Of a stretch of DNA of 64,000 bases, positions 8,819 to 18,753 are shown piece by piece. The number at the start of each line of letters is the position of its first letter. The stretch's first letter is position 1. Where the stretch lies: NCBI GenBank assembly GCA_965213925.1, contig OZ243927.1, forward strand, positions 4,352,001 through 4,416,000, given 5' to 3'. This DNA comes from Trueperaceae bacterium. GTDB taxonomy: Bacteria; Deinococcota; Deinococci; Deinococcales; Trueperaceae. Both the position numbers and the translations under genes were made by a program. The notes beneath the pieces were generated by a model. The model ran no database searches. It was not told the DNA's origin and was given only the letters and a program-made list of their open reading frames with translations.

Positions 8819-9129
8819 CGAAACCCTACCGCAAACTAATGGAAAATTTTAGCGAGGAGCGTAAAGCGCGTATCGAGCAAAGTCAAAAGCTGCTCCTCAT
8901 GGAATATGACCTCTTATCTCAGCTTCGGAAAGACCGTGATCTAACTCAGAAAGAGCTTGCTGACGTTTTAGAGATTCGTCAATCCGCTATCTCTAAGTTG
9001 GAGAGCCAAGACGACATTATGCTTGGGACTTTAGAGCGTTATATTCACGCTTTGGGTGGCGAGTTGGAGATAAGGGCAAAATTCTCGGATGTGGACGTGA
9101 AGCTCAATCAATTCGTGCGAGGAGCCTGA
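8815..9129 (+). CDS. XRE-HTH antitoxin (HigA-like); start ambiguous (ATA at 8815 or ATG at 8839)
   Basis: LTQKELADVLEIRQSAISKLE HTH; downstream of toxin. Confidence 0.85.
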   Translation: MAKPYRKLMENFSEERKARIEQSQKLLLMEYDLLSQLRKDRDLTQKELADVLEIRQSAISKLESQDDIMLGTLERYIHALGGELEIRAKFSDVDVKLNQFVRGA

Positions 9130-9195
9130 AGCTCGAGCCCCTCTTCATGTCAAGATGGAGACAGACCAACGCTAAAGTCTGTATCATCCTCTTGT

Positions 9196-9306
9196 TAGCA
9201 GTTCCACCTATCATTGCTGCACTTCTTCGCAGATATCATCACCTAAAGTGCGTACTAAACAATGTTCTCTTTGGTGAGGGTGTAGCTGACCAGCTGATAC
9301 CTGCTA
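9196..9306 (-). repeat. family B element, copy 2 (111 bp)
   Basis: Reverse complement is colinear with 6448-6558. Confidence 0.8.
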
Positions 9307-9322
9307 TATTAAGGAGACCGAC

Positions 9323-10528
9323 ATGAAACGACTGATCTTTGAAGGGGCGCATGGGGACACGCTAGCGGCGCGGCTCGAGCTGCCGCGAGACAAGCCCGAA
9401 GCCTACGCGCTCTTCGCCCACTGCTTCACCTGCTCGAAGAACCTAAACGCCGCCGTGAACATCAGCCGCGCCTTAGCCGAGGCGGGCATCGCCGTGTTGC
9501 GCTTCGACTTCACGGGTCTGGGCGAGAGCGAGGGCGACTTCGCCGACACGAACTTCTCGTCGAACGTAGACGACTTGGTGGCGGCGGCGGAGTTTTTAGA
9601 GGAGCACTACGACGCGCCGCAACTCCTCGTCGGGCATTCGCTGGGCGGCGCGGCGGTCCTGCAGGCGGCGCACCGTATCCCCTCCGCGAAAGCCGTAGCG
9701 ACGCTGGGCGCACCGAGCGAGCCCGAGCACGTCACCAGACTTCTGGAGAGCAGCCGCGAAGAGATTGAGCGTGAGGGCGTCGCGGAGGTGTCGCTCGCGG
9801 GGCGCGGCTTCACCATCAGAAAGCAGTTTTTAGACGATTTGCGCACCTCGCACATGCGCCGCGTGATTCACAAACTCAACAAGGCGCTGCTCGCGCTTCA
9901 TTCGCCCATCGACAACACGGTAGGTGTGCGGAACGCGGCGGATATCTTCATCACTGCGAAACACCCTAAGAGCTTCGTGTCGCTGGACAACGCGGACCAC
10001 CTCTTGACGAGGGACAGAGACTCCTGCTACGCGGGCGCGGTTATCGCGACGTGGGCGGCGAAGTATCTGGACACGCAGCCACAGCCGACGTGGGCGGACG
10101 ACATCGGCAAGGAGCGCACCGTCGCCCGCACCGAGGAGACCTTCCGCACGGAAGTGCTCACGCACGGCGAGATGCTTTTAGCGGACGAGCCCGAGTCGAT
10201 GGGCGGCACCGACACCGGACCGACGCCGTACGACTACCTCGCCGCCGCGCTGAGTTCTTGCACCTCCATCACGCTGCGCATGTACGCAGACCGCAAGGAG
10301 TGGCCCTTAGAAGCCGTCGAAGTCGAGGTCAAGCACAAGAAAGTCAAGAGCGAGAACGGCAACGGTAAACCCACCCGACACGACCACTTCGACCGCGAAC
10401 TCAAACTTTACGGCGACCTCGACGAGACGCAGCGCAAGCGGCTTTTGGAGATTGCCGAGCGCTGCCCCGTCCACCGCACCTTGGAGTCGCAAGAGGTCGA
10501 AGTCGCTACGAAGCTCGTCGGGGGCTAG
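9323..10528 (+). CDS. bifunctional alpha/beta hydrolase - OsmC family protein
   Basis: FAHCFTCSK, GHSLGG, ADHLL; C-terminal DEP...GPTPYD..SCTSIT..CPVHRTL. Confidence 0.92.
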   Translation: MKRLIFEGAHGDTLAARLELPRDKPEAYALFAHCFTCSKNLNAAVNISRALAEAGIAVLRFDFTGLGESEGDFADTNFSSNVDDLVAAAEFLEEHYDAPQLLVGHSLGGAAVLQAAHRIPSAKAVATLGAPSEPEHVTRLLESSREEIEREGVAEVSLAGRGFTIRKQFLDDLRTSHMRRVIHKLNKALLALHSPIDNTVGVRNAADIFITAKHPKSFVSLDNADHLLTRDRDSCYAGAVIATWAAKYLDTQPQPTWADDIGKERTVARTEETFRTEVLTHGEMLLADEPESMGGTDTGPTPYDYLAAALSSCTSITLRMYADRKEWPLEAVEVEVKHKKVKSENGNGKPTRHDHFDRELKLYGDLDETQRKRLLEIAERCPVHRTLESQEVEVATKLVGG

Positions 10529-10634
10529 CCGACTAAACCCCGCTTCATGAAAGCGCGACCTCTCGCTCATATTGGGCTCATATAATAGCAGAGACGCCTT
10601 GGGCTAAGTACTCCGTCAGCTAAAGAATGAGTGA

Positions 10635-10771
10635 TGTCATTCTGAACGTAGCCCTACGGCGAGCGTAGGATAGACTCCGCGGAGTGAAAGAATCTCTGCA
10701 TTCGCCTTCTTCTCTTACAGAGAGTGCAAGGCGAGACCCCTCGACTACGCAAAGCTACGCTCGGGGTGACA
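10635..10771. repeat. dispersed palindromic element family C, copy 1 (137 bp)
   Basis: TGTCATTCTGAACG...CGCTCGGGGTGACA with nested stems; second copy at 59925-60061. Confidence 0.85.
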
Positions 10772-10833
10772 TAGTAAGAGGTTATGTCGTAAATCTTGAT
10801 TTATAGAGTATTGAGTGGAGAGGAACGATAAGA

Positions 10834-11358
10834 ATGAGAAGGGTCAATATAGGGCTGCTATTTGCGCTGCTAGGTCTTCTAGCGGGCTGCGAAATCACGT
10901 TGGTTGACGGCGGACCGTCGCCGAGTCCTAGCGTGGAACGGCTCGAGGTCTACGACGCCCGCTACACCACCAACTACCGCGACCGCAGCGGACGCAACTA
11001 CATCTGCGACAATTTGGAAACACCCTTGACGTACGAGTTTTCCTATGACGGCGACTTGGACTCTTGGAAGCTCTACTTGGAGGGAAGTCGAGGCGGCGTC
11101 ATCGAGTCGAAGCGGTTGACGCCTAGAAGCTCGAGCGTCGAAGTGTCTAAACGTGGTTACATCCGCGACAGGTATGCGATTCCCCGTTACGCGGCACCTC
11201 TGTCTGTACAAACGGATTTAGAGGCGCAAGACATCATCGTCGTCTTCGAACCTTACATCATCGGGGAGAGCAAACTTTACCTCGAGGTGAAAGACGAGTC
11301 GGGGCGCACGAAGACCTTTGAGACTAGGTGGCTACCGATTGCGGATAACTGTCCTTGA
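10834..11358 (+). CDS. lipoprotein of unknown function
   Basis: LAGC lipobox; GAGGA RBS. Confidence 0.8.
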   Translation: MRRVNIGLLFALLGLLAGCEITLVDGGPSPSPSVERLEVYDARYTTNYRDRSGRNYICDNLETPLTYEFSYDGDLDSWKLYLEGSRGGVIESKRLTPRSSSVEVSKRGYIRDRYAIPRYAAPLSVQTDLEAQDIIVVFEPYIIGESKLYLEVKDESGRTKTFETRWLPIADNCP

Positions 11359-11363
11359 AAAAC

Positions 11364-11447
11364 AGCAATGAGCAATGAGGAACGAGCAATGAGTGAAAAC
11401 CAAAAGCCTTTTACTCATTGCTCATTGCTTTTAACTCGTTGCTACTT
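11364..11447. repeat. heptamer-built inverted repeat (AGCAATG)n / (CATTGCT)n between convergent genes
   Basis: AGCAATG x3 followed by CTCATTG CTCATTG CT. Confidence 0.7.
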
Positions 11448-11472
11448 CTCTAACCGCCTTCAAAACCAAACC

Positions 11473-11970
11473 CTAACGAATCCGGCGTCCCTCGAACGTC
11501 GCGTGAGTCCGCAGATAGCGCAACCAACCACGCAAGCTCAGCGGACCTAAGTCGTTGTGCGGAACGCGCGTCGTTTCGTCGGCGTTGGTCTCCGCCAGAT
11601 ACCGCGCCAACTTGACGGTTTCTTGACGCGTCGTCCTGAATTTGGCGATGAGTTCGTCCCAAGTAGCGGAGTCGGCGGGCTTGTAGGCGTGGTGCGCGTC
11701 GCTGAAGGCGGCTTCGGCGCTGCGCACGCCGCTCTCGCCGCCGTAGCGGACCGCGAGCCATAAGCGGCGCTGCCCCCAGCGTTCGATGCCGATGATGTGG
11801 CGCAAGGTTCGCTTCTGCTCGGGCGTACCTTCGGCTTTCGCGAGACGCGCTTCTAAACGCTGACCGGAGGTCTCCAACTTCTGCGCCATCTGCTCGAACT
11901 TGCGCCGCTTCGCAGGCAACTCAATAAGCACCTGCACGGCTGCGTTTCTGGCTCTCGTCTGAATACTCAT
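11473..11970 (-). CDS. DinB-like four-helix protein
   Basis: TLRHIIGIERWGQRRL...VPHNDLGPLSLRGWLRYLRTHA. Confidence 0.75.
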   Translation of the reverse strand: MSIQTRARNAAVQVLIELPAKRRKFEQMAQKLETSGQRLEARLAKAEGTPEQKRTLRHIIGIERWGQRRLWLAVRYGGESGVRSAEAAFSDAHHAYKPADSATWDELIAKFRTTRQETVKLARYLAETNADETTRVPHNDLGPLSLRGWLRYLRTHATFEGRRIR

Positions 11971-12032
11971 TAGACGACAGTCTATCTGAAAAGAGATGGG
12001 CGCGCACATGGAAAAGCCGACACGCGCAGAGC

Positions 12033-13328
12033 CTAAAGCTCGGGCGGCTGCGCGTCGGCGACGCTGACGCCGCCGCCTAAGCGTTTCGCTTCGTACATCG
12101 CCACGTCCGCGCTGCTCATGAGCGCCCCTAACGTGCCGCCCTCCTCGGGATACTCCGCCACCCCGATGCTCGCGCCGATGCGAACGAGTCGCCCCTGCAC
12201 ATCGAAGGGTTCCGCGAAGGTCTCCAAGTAGCGCTCCCCCACCGTTTGCGCGCCCACGTCGCCCTCGACGAGCGCAACGAATTCGTCGCCGCCTAGACGC
12301 CCTAAGAGGTCACTCGAGCGCACCCTCGCCCTGAAACGCTGCGCCACCTGCACGAGCAAGTCGTCGCCAGCAGCGTGTCCTTGGGTGTCGTTGACCTCTT
12401 TGAAGCCGTCCAAGTCGATATAGATGAGGTGCATCTTGCGCCTATGCCTTCTCGCGAGCGCCAAGAGCGTTTCAGCTTGCTTCTCGAAAAAGAGGCGATT
12501 CGGAAGTTCGGTCAGGGCGTCTTGATACGCGAGTTGCTCCATCATCTGTTCGTTCTTCGTCTGCTCGGTGACATCTTTCATCACGCCGACAAAGCGCCTC
12601 GGCTGCCGCACGGTGCCCTCCCGCTCGAAGTCACATTTTCCCTGCGCGAGCAGCCAGCGCGGTGGGTAGAACTCGGTGGGGCGAAACCTCACCTCGAAGG
12701 TGTTGTCGCTCGCGGGGTTCAGCGCGGCGCGAACTGCGCCCCATACGTCGGCGCGGTCTTTAGGATGGATGCGCTCCAACACCTCTTGGTAGCGCATCCG
12801 CTTGGACACGTTAAGAAGTTCGCGGCAGCGCTCGTCAAAGCGCAGCAGACCCGTTCTCATATCCAGACTCCAAGTGCCTAAGTCGCCCGCCTCGAGCGCA
12901 AACCCGAGCTGCGACTCCCGCTCCTGCAGCGCCACCGTTTCTCGCTTGCGCTGCGTGCTGTCGCGCATAATCTTGGTAAACCCGACGAGCGTATCCGCGT
13001 CGCTATAAAGCGGCGTCACGATGCTCAGCGCCCAGAAGAGGCTGCCGTCCGCCTTGAGGTGCCACCTTTCGTCCTGCGCCCGCCCGGTTTGCTGAGCGAT
13101 GCGCATCTCCTGCTCGGGAAGCCCTACATTACGGTCCACTTCGGTGTAGATGAGATGGAGCTTCTGCCCGACAAAGGACGCTTCGTCGTAACCGAGAACG
13201 CTTCCAACGCCCGGTTGCCAGGTCAAGATCGTTCCGTCCAAGTCGATGACGAAAACAGCGTACGCCTCGAGGTTATCCAGAACGACCTGCTGCCAATTGC
13301 CGAGTTTTTGAGTGAGCGTGCCCTCCAC
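12033..13328 (-). CDS. PAS-PAS-GGDEF diguanylate cyclase
   Basis: PAS/PAC motifs; DLDGFKEVND, RSSD I-site, RLGGDEF. Confidence 0.92.
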   Translation of the reverse strand: MEGTLTQKLGNWQQVVLDNLEAYAVFVIDLDGTILTWQPGVGSVLGYDEASFVGQKLHLIYTEVDRNVGLPEQEMRIAQQTGRAQDERWHLKADGSLFWALSIVTPLYSDADTLVGFTKIMRDSTQRKRETVALQERESQLGFALEAGDLGTWSLDMRTGLLRFDERCRELLNVSKRMRYQEVLERIHPKDRADVWGAVRAALNPASDNTFEVRFRPTEFYPPRWLLAQGKCDFEREGTVRQPRRFVGVMKDVTEQTKNEQMMEQLAYQDALTELPNRLFFEKQAETLLALARRHRRKMHLIYIDLDGFKEVNDTQGHAAGDDLLVQVAQRFRARVRSSDLLGRLGGDEFVALVEGDVGAQTVGERYLETFAEPFDVQGRLVRIGASIGVAEYPEEGGTLGALMSSADVAMYEAKRLGGGVSVADAQPPEL

Positions 13329-13410
13329 GCCGTTAGAATATCACCTCATTTGCGAGATAAAATGTTGTGCGTTACGGACCTCTTTGAGAAGTACATCACA
13401 CCAATCGACG

Positions 13411-14169
13411 TCAGCGCGGCAGTTTATCTAAAATCGCGCGGCGCATCACCCTACCCGTGACACCCGGCGCGAGACGTCCCGCGAACGCCACCACCTTGTT
13501 GCTGAAACCGGGCACGAGAACAGGACGCTTGATGCGGACGGCGCGGACGATTTTTTGTGCCAGGACGCCCGGTGGCATCCGGCGGGACTCGAGGCTGTTA
13601 TCTGGGCTATAGCGCGCGGCGTGCGGCGTGCGCGTCGGACCGGGGTAAACGGTGAGCACGTGAACCCCTCGCGGCGCAAGCGCTACCGACAGGCTCCGTG
13701 CGTACGCCGCGAGTCCCGACTTGCTCGCCGCGTAGACCGCCGCGCCAGGGTAGCCGACGAAGTGCGACAGCGATGAGATGAAGACGAGCGAGCTGCCGCG
13801 CTTCAAGACCTCTTCGCTGAGCAGGTGCGCTGTGAGGAGAAGAGGGGCGCGTAAGTTGACCTCGAGCACAGAGCGCTGACGGGAGAGGTCCGAATTTACG
13901 AATGCACCTACATGGTTGATGCCCGCGCTGTGAATGAAGATATCAAGAGGTGAACCTTGTGCGAGTTGAGTAGCGAGCGACTCCAATCCTTCCCTCTCAC
14001 CTAAATCCATTTGGATGAAAGAGAACGACTCCCCGAGTTCTTGCGCTACTGCCCCTAAACCGTTCTCATCACGGTCGATGCCCACGACTTCGAAACCTTC
14101 GGCAACGTACGCCGCCGCGAGCGCGCGCCCGATGCCGCTTGCCGCGCCCGTAACCGCGCACCGCTTCAC
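13411..14169 (-). CDS. SDR family oxidoreductase
   Basis: TGAASGIG, YAASK. Confidence 0.9.
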   Translation of the reverse strand: MKRCAVTGAASGIGRALAAAYVAEGFEVVGIDRDENGLGAVAQELGESFSFIQMDLGEREGLESLATQLAQGSPLDIFIHSAGINHVGAFVNSDLSRQRSVLEVNLRAPLLLTAHLLSEEVLKRGSSLVFISSLSHFVGYPGAAVYAASKSGLAAYARSLSVALAPRGVHVLTVYPGPTRTPHAARYSPDNSLESRRMPPGVLAQKIVRAVRIKRPVLVPGFSNKVVAFAGRLAPGVTGRVMRRAILDKLPR

Positions 14170-14945
14170 CCTTCGGACCTCTTCGCCCGGTACCGCATCA
14201 ACCTATCAAGAGGTCCAGAGAGATGTGTACCCGCAAAGCGCAACGCCTTGTTATTCACGCCAATCGTCACGTCTTTACGGCTACCCGCAATCACCCTAAA
14301 GACCTCTTCCGCCACCTTCTCCGCACTGGGAAACCGCTCGATGTTGAACTTTCCTTTGGGCACGCCGCTCTTCGCGTGCATCTCGGTGCGAATCGCGCCG
14401 GGGTGGATGGTCTGTACTTCCGGCGCACCTCTCGCCTCGAGCCGCAAGTTCCGCGCAAACGCATCTAAAGCCGCTTTGGAGGAGCCGTACGCCGCGTACT
14501 CCGGCGCAGGTACGTCCGCCACGACGGAACTGATAAAGACGACCTTCTTCGTGCGAGCGGCTAGCGCGTGCGTCAGGGCGATGGGGGCGAAGAGGTTGAC
14601 CTCGAGGAGCGCCTCGACCTCTTCGCCCGGATGTTCCTCGACGTCACCGTAGAGCCCGACGCCCGCGTTGTGGATGAGAAGTAGGGGCGCGTCGATTTGG
14701 GCGTGTTGTAGGAACTCGAGGATGACGTCGACCGCGCCAGGTTGCGAGAGGTCCGCCTGGCAGTAGTTTTTAGGTGTGAAGAAAGCGTCTAACTCAGAGA
14801 GAGGTTTGCGCCCGACCAAAACGAGCGGCGCACCTTTAGAGGCGTAGAGGCGAGCTAGCTCGAGACCTAGTCCACTCGTCGCGCCCGTCAGGAGCACCGT
14901 ACCTGATACTGTGCCTGATACCGCACCTGGTACCGCGCCGGGCAT
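14166..14945 (-). CDS. SDR family oxidoreductase
   Basis: TGATSGLG, HNAG, YGSSK; downstream of dnaJ on the same strand. Confidence 0.9.
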   Translation of the reverse strand: MPGAVPGAVSGTVSGTVLLTGATSGLGLELARLYASKGAPLVLVGRKPLSELDAFFTPKNYCQADLSQPGAVDVILEFLQHAQIDAPLLLIHNAGVGLYGDVEEHPGEEVEALLEVNLFAPIALTHALAARTKKVVFISSVVADVPAPEYAAYGSSKAALDAFARNLRLEARGAPEVQTIHPGAIRTEMHAKSGVPKGKFNIERFPSAEKVAEEVFRVIAGSRKDVTIGVNNKALRFAGTHLSGPLDRLMRYRAKRSEG

Positions 14946-14951
14946 CAGCGC

Positions 14952-16097
14952 TTACTTCTCGACTTTGTCTTTTTTATGGTCTTTATGCTTGAAGAGCCCG
15001 CGCAAGCGCCCTAAGAGGTTCTCGTGCTCCTCGATGCCTTCGTCCACCTCGTCGGCGTACGCCTCTAGTAGCTCCCTCGCTTTCGCGCTGAGCCGTTTGG
15101 GAATCTGCACGTCCGCCGTAACGATGAGGTCGCCCACGCCGACTTTCTGCAAGCGGGGCATCCCTTTGCCGCGCAAGCGGAACTCCGTGCCGGGCTGTGT
15201 CCCTGGTGGAACGCTCAGCGCTTCGGGTCCCTCCATCGTCGGAATCTCAAAGGCGCTCCCCAAGGTCGCTTGCGCCAAGCCGAGCGGCAGGGCGTAGCGC
15301 AGGTGGTCGCCGTCCCTGGTGAAGTGGGGGTGAGGCTCCATGTCGATGTAGACGTACAAGTCACCATTTCTCGCGCCGTCGATTCCGGCGTTGCCCTCGT
15401 TCGATAAGCGCAAGCGGTAGCCCGCGTCGATACCTTTAGGCAGGTTGACTTCTACGGATTCTCGCACGCGCTGCCGCCCGCTGCCTACACACTTGCCACA
15501 CGGCGTGATGACGACTTCGCCCAGACCGCGACACTGCGGGCAGACCTGGTTGGTCACAACCGTGCCGAAGAACGACTGCGTCTGCGCGCGCACCTGCCCC
15601 GCGCCGCGACAGGTCGGGCAGGTCTCGCGCCCTTCGCTGCCGGGTTCAGCTCTTTCTCCGTCACAGCGGTCACATACGCCTAAGCGCTCCACCTCTAGGG
15701 GGACGCTCTCCCCTGCCCTCGCTTGCTCCAAGGTAATGCTCAGCGACGCCTCCAAGTCCTCGCCCGGCTGTCCGCGCTGCCGCGTCCTACCAAACCCTGC
15801 TCCGCCGAAGCCGCCGCCCGCCACGCCCCCACCGAAGACCGACGAGAAGATGTCGAAGATGTCGCCGGAAAACGCCGCTTGCGGGTCAGCGGAGCCGTAG
15901 CGGTCGTAGCGCGTGCGCTTCTCCGGGTCGGAGAGGACCGCGTACGCCTCGTTGAGGCTCTTGAAGGTCTCCTCCGCCTCTTTGTCACCGGGGTTCTTGT
16001 CGGGGTGGTAGCGTAGCGCGAGCTTTCGGTACGCGGCTTTGATTTCCTTCGCGTCCGCGCTCTGAGAGACGCCGAGTAGCTCGTAGTAATCTGCCAT
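14952..16097 (-). CDS. dnaJ: molecular chaperone DnaJ
   Basis: J-domain HPD, G/F region, four CxxCxG zinc repeats. Confidence 0.97.
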   Translation of the reverse strand: MADYYELLGVSQSADAKEIKAAYRKLALRYHPDKNPGDKEAEETFKSLNEAYAVLSDPEKRTRYDRYGSADPQAAFSGDIFDIFSSVFGGGVAGGGFGGAGFGRTRQRGQPGEDLEASLSITLEQARAGESVPLEVERLGVCDRCDGERAEPGSEGRETCPTCRGAGQVRAQTQSFFGTVVTNQVCPQCRGLGEVVITPCGKCVGSGRQRVRESVEVNLPKGIDAGYRLRLSNEGNAGIDGARNGDLYVYIDMEPHPHFTRDGDHLRYALPLGLAQATLGSAFEIPTMEGPEALSVPPGTQPGTEFRLRGKGMPRLQKVGVGDLIVTADVQIPKRLSAKARELLEAYADEVDEGIEEHENLLGRLRGLFKHKDHKKDKVEK

Positions 16098-16214
16098 TTG
16101 CGTAGTATAAAGGAGGTACGGGGGTGGGCGGGTAATCCTCGTGCGTGGTGGCGCGGGGGATGTGGAATTGTGTACGTTAGGGATAGCTCGAGTTCGCTAC
16201 TGAAAGGACCCCCG

Positions 16215-16685
16215 ATGAACGACATCACCTTCTCCGGCTTGGACTTCACCAACCTAGAAGAGATCAAAACCATCGCCCGCCTGCACCAAAGTGCCCCGCT
16301 CGAGAACGGTTGGATCGAAGGCTACGAAGTCGAGGAAGCGTCGGTCGAACAGACCTACACCGTTTTGTCGAATTCGTCGGGCAGCGCTAAAACGCACGTG
16401 GTGGTGGCTCGAGACATGGCAGACAACCTCGTGGGCTTTCACTGGGTCAGCGTTTCAGATGAACAGGGCGAAGTATCCGCCCGCATCGAGTCTTTGTGGG
16501 TAGACCAAGGGCATAGACGCAAAGGAGTTGCTAGAGAACTCAAGCGGCTAGGGGAAAATTGGTTGAGGGAGCGCGGCGCTAAGCGTATTACTACAGGCGT
16601 CTTTTACGTGAACAAAGCGATGATCGAGCTTAACCTTAAAGAGGGATTTACCCCTTGGCAGGTGCAGATGACGAAAGAGTTGTGA
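16215..16685 (+). CDS. GNAT family N-acetyltransferase
   Basis: LWVDQGHRRKGVA motif A; AAAGGA RBS before ATG 16215. Confidence 0.85.
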   Translation: MNDITFSGLDFTNLEEIKTIARLHQSAPLENGWIEGYEVEEASVEQTYTVLSNSSGSAKTHVVVARDMADNLVGFHWVSVSDEQGEVSARIESLWVDQGHRRKGVARELKRLGENWLRERGAKRITTGVFYVNKAMIELNLKEGFTPWQVQMTKEL

Positions 16686-16741
16686 CCAAGGCATTGGATT
16701 TCGCGCACTGCCTCTACCGAGAAGTCAGCCCTAAACCCGCT

Positions 16742-18526
16742 TTAGGCGCGCAGTTCTATCCCTGCGCGGTCCATCTCCTCTTTAAGTGCCCGCAGCCGCT
16801 TGTGCCTTTCGCTTAGCCCCCACACGTAGCTCTCCCACTCGTCGATTTGCCCGAGCATTTCGCACAAGTCTTGTACGCGCACGAGATGTTGCGCGGCTTC
16901 GGCGTAGTTGGGGCGACCTCTCGCCTCGATCAATCTCTCTATCTGGTCACGGTAGAGCCTAATTGCCTCCTCGGGTCTCGAGCGTTCAGCAACTCGCGCC
17001 ACCGCCAAGCTGAGCTGGTTGGACGAGCGCCCCACCCGTTCCATCTGCCCTAAGCTCCCGAGCGCCGCGTCTACCGCGCCGTGTAAGAGGTAGATTTCGG
17101 TCAGCAGCGCGTAGTGTTCTCTCTGATTCAAAACCGTCAGAACCGTCTCGCGTTTAGCTTGCCAGCCGGACGTTTTTTCGCCGAGCCGCCGCATCTCCTT
17201 ATAAGTCTCAATGTAGGGGCGACGCCAGAAGAGGGTCACGCTGTAGTCAAACGCCTCCTTGAACTCGCCGCGCCGCTCGTGCCACGCTCTAAGCCATTCC
17301 AAAAAGCGGGTGTCATCGCTCGTTCGGCTGCGCTCTAGCACGAGTTCGTACGCCCTGTCTGCATGTCCACCTTCTGTAAAGAGGTCGGTGAGCCTCAGCA
17401 GTCTGTAGTCTTCCGCATTTCTGACCTCTTGGACGGCGTCGTCTAGCCGGTTAAGCTCGAGGAGCCGCGCCACGAAATCCTCTAAACGCCCCGTCTCGCG
17501 GCTGATGCGTAAAAAGGTCTCGTCGTCTAGGGTGTCAGCTTGGAGCTGGAGCAGAAACTGTCCTAAATATTCACGCTGAAAGCGTTTGCTCCAACCGTCA
17601 TCTTTCGGAATGACCTTTTCCACCCACCGCGCCACCTCTTGCCGCTCCTCTTGCGTCGCGTGCCCCACAATCGCTTCGGGAATCCCGTCGCCGATGCCGT
17701 AACCGCCCAGGTCCAAATCTTCGCAGTAGAGTTCGAATAAAGAGGTGAGGATGATGTCGCGCAAATTTCCCTCTTCCTCGTCAGCCTTCGCCAGACACTT
17801 CATCAGCCCTTCAGCGCAGTTTTGCGCCACGCTCGCTAGGCTGCCCTCTTCATCTTCAAATTCGTGATAGTCGCGCAAGACCTCATCTGCGATGGTTTTG
17901 TACGTCGTGGCGGCGCTGTTGAGCTGTCCGCTCTCCAAGTAGCGGTCTGCCATGTGGGTGACGTCGTCTAGGTCGTTTTGCGCGTAGGAAGCGTAACCAT
18001 CACCGTAACTATCGTAGCCCCGATAGGTGTCGCGCTCGTAGAGGTTGCCTAAAAGTCCCTGCATTTGCGCTTTGACCGCCTCCGTACTCACAGGTTTTTC
18101 GGTGAGGTTAGGGTCGGAGGTTTCGACGAGGGTTTCTAGGTCGGGGTAGCGCTCGACCATCTTGCTCACTAAAGCGATGAGGTCGTCTTTGCTGTAGCTA
18201 TCCAGACTCGCCTTTAGCGCTTCGACTTCGGTGAACAGCTCGGGAAAGTCTATCCGGGTCAGCAGCAAGGCGGCGGTGTGTTTGCAGCGTCCGCCGTCTC
18301 CGACGGGGCAAGAGCAGTTGGCGCGTTGAATACCCTGCTTGCTCAGTTTGACCTCGACGCGGTAGGGTCGGGGGCTACTGCCCAAACAGTCCCCCTTGAT
18401 CACCCCGTCTTGCACCCGCAGCCGCAAGAGCGCCCCCCGCTGCGCATACGGACGCCCCTTGTCTATCTCCTTTTGTCCGAGCCAAGCCCGCACGTCGTCT
18501 TTGGTGAGAGTTGAGGTCATGGTCAT
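16742..18526 (-). CDS. SWIM zinc-finger protein with helical-repeat C-terminus
   Basis: CSCP...RCKH SWIM motif; probable start 18520 (TATAGT-N6-ATG). Confidence 0.85.
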   Translation of the reverse strand: MTMTSTLTKDDVRAWLGQKEIDKGRPYAQRGALLRLRVQDGVIKGDCLGSSPRPYRVEVKLSKQGIQRANCSCPVGDGGRCKHTAALLLTRIDFPELFTEVEALKASLDSYSKDDLIALVSKMVERYPDLETLVETSDPNLTEKPVSTEAVKAQMQGLLGNLYERDTYRGYDSYGDGYASYAQNDLDDVTHMADRYLESGQLNSAATTYKTIADEVLRDYHEFEDEEGSLASVAQNCAEGLMKCLAKADEEEGNLRDIILTSLFELYCEDLDLGGYGIGDGIPEAIVGHATQEERQEVARWVEKVIPKDDGWSKRFQREYLGQFLLQLQADTLDDETFLRISRETGRLEDFVARLLELNRLDDAVQEVRNAEDYRLLRLTDLFTEGGHADRAYELVLERSRTSDDTRFLEWLRAWHERRGEFKEAFDYSVTLFWRRPYIETYKEMRRLGEKTSGWQAKRETVLTVLNQREHYALLTEIYLLHGAVDAALGSLGQMERVGRSSNQLSLAVARVAERSRPEEAIRLYRDQIERLIEARGRPNYAEAAQHLVRVQDLCEMLGQIDEWESYVWGLSERHKRLRALKEEMDRAGIELRA

Positions 18527-18553
18527 ACTATAAGCGAGACGTAATACGGTTTC

Positions 18554-18588
18554 CGGTTAAATACGAAATGTTTATTTCGTATTTAACC
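18554..18588. promoter_or_regulatory. AT-rich inverted repeat between divergent SWIM and DGC genes
   Basis: GGTTAAATACGAAAT-GTTT-ATTTCGTATTTAACC (15-bp arms). Confidence 0.55.
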
Positions 18589-18753
18589 CGAGTGTAACGA
18601 GTTGAAAAAGATACGGATTCCGATGAGAACGCAGCGACTCAATCTCTCTCCTACACCGACGTACATGCTAAAAGGTCCATATTTTTATCTTGAAAGGTCC
18701 GCGGAGTGAAAAGCTTGTCAAGCCAACGCCGTTGGGTTCGCTACACTGCCTTC

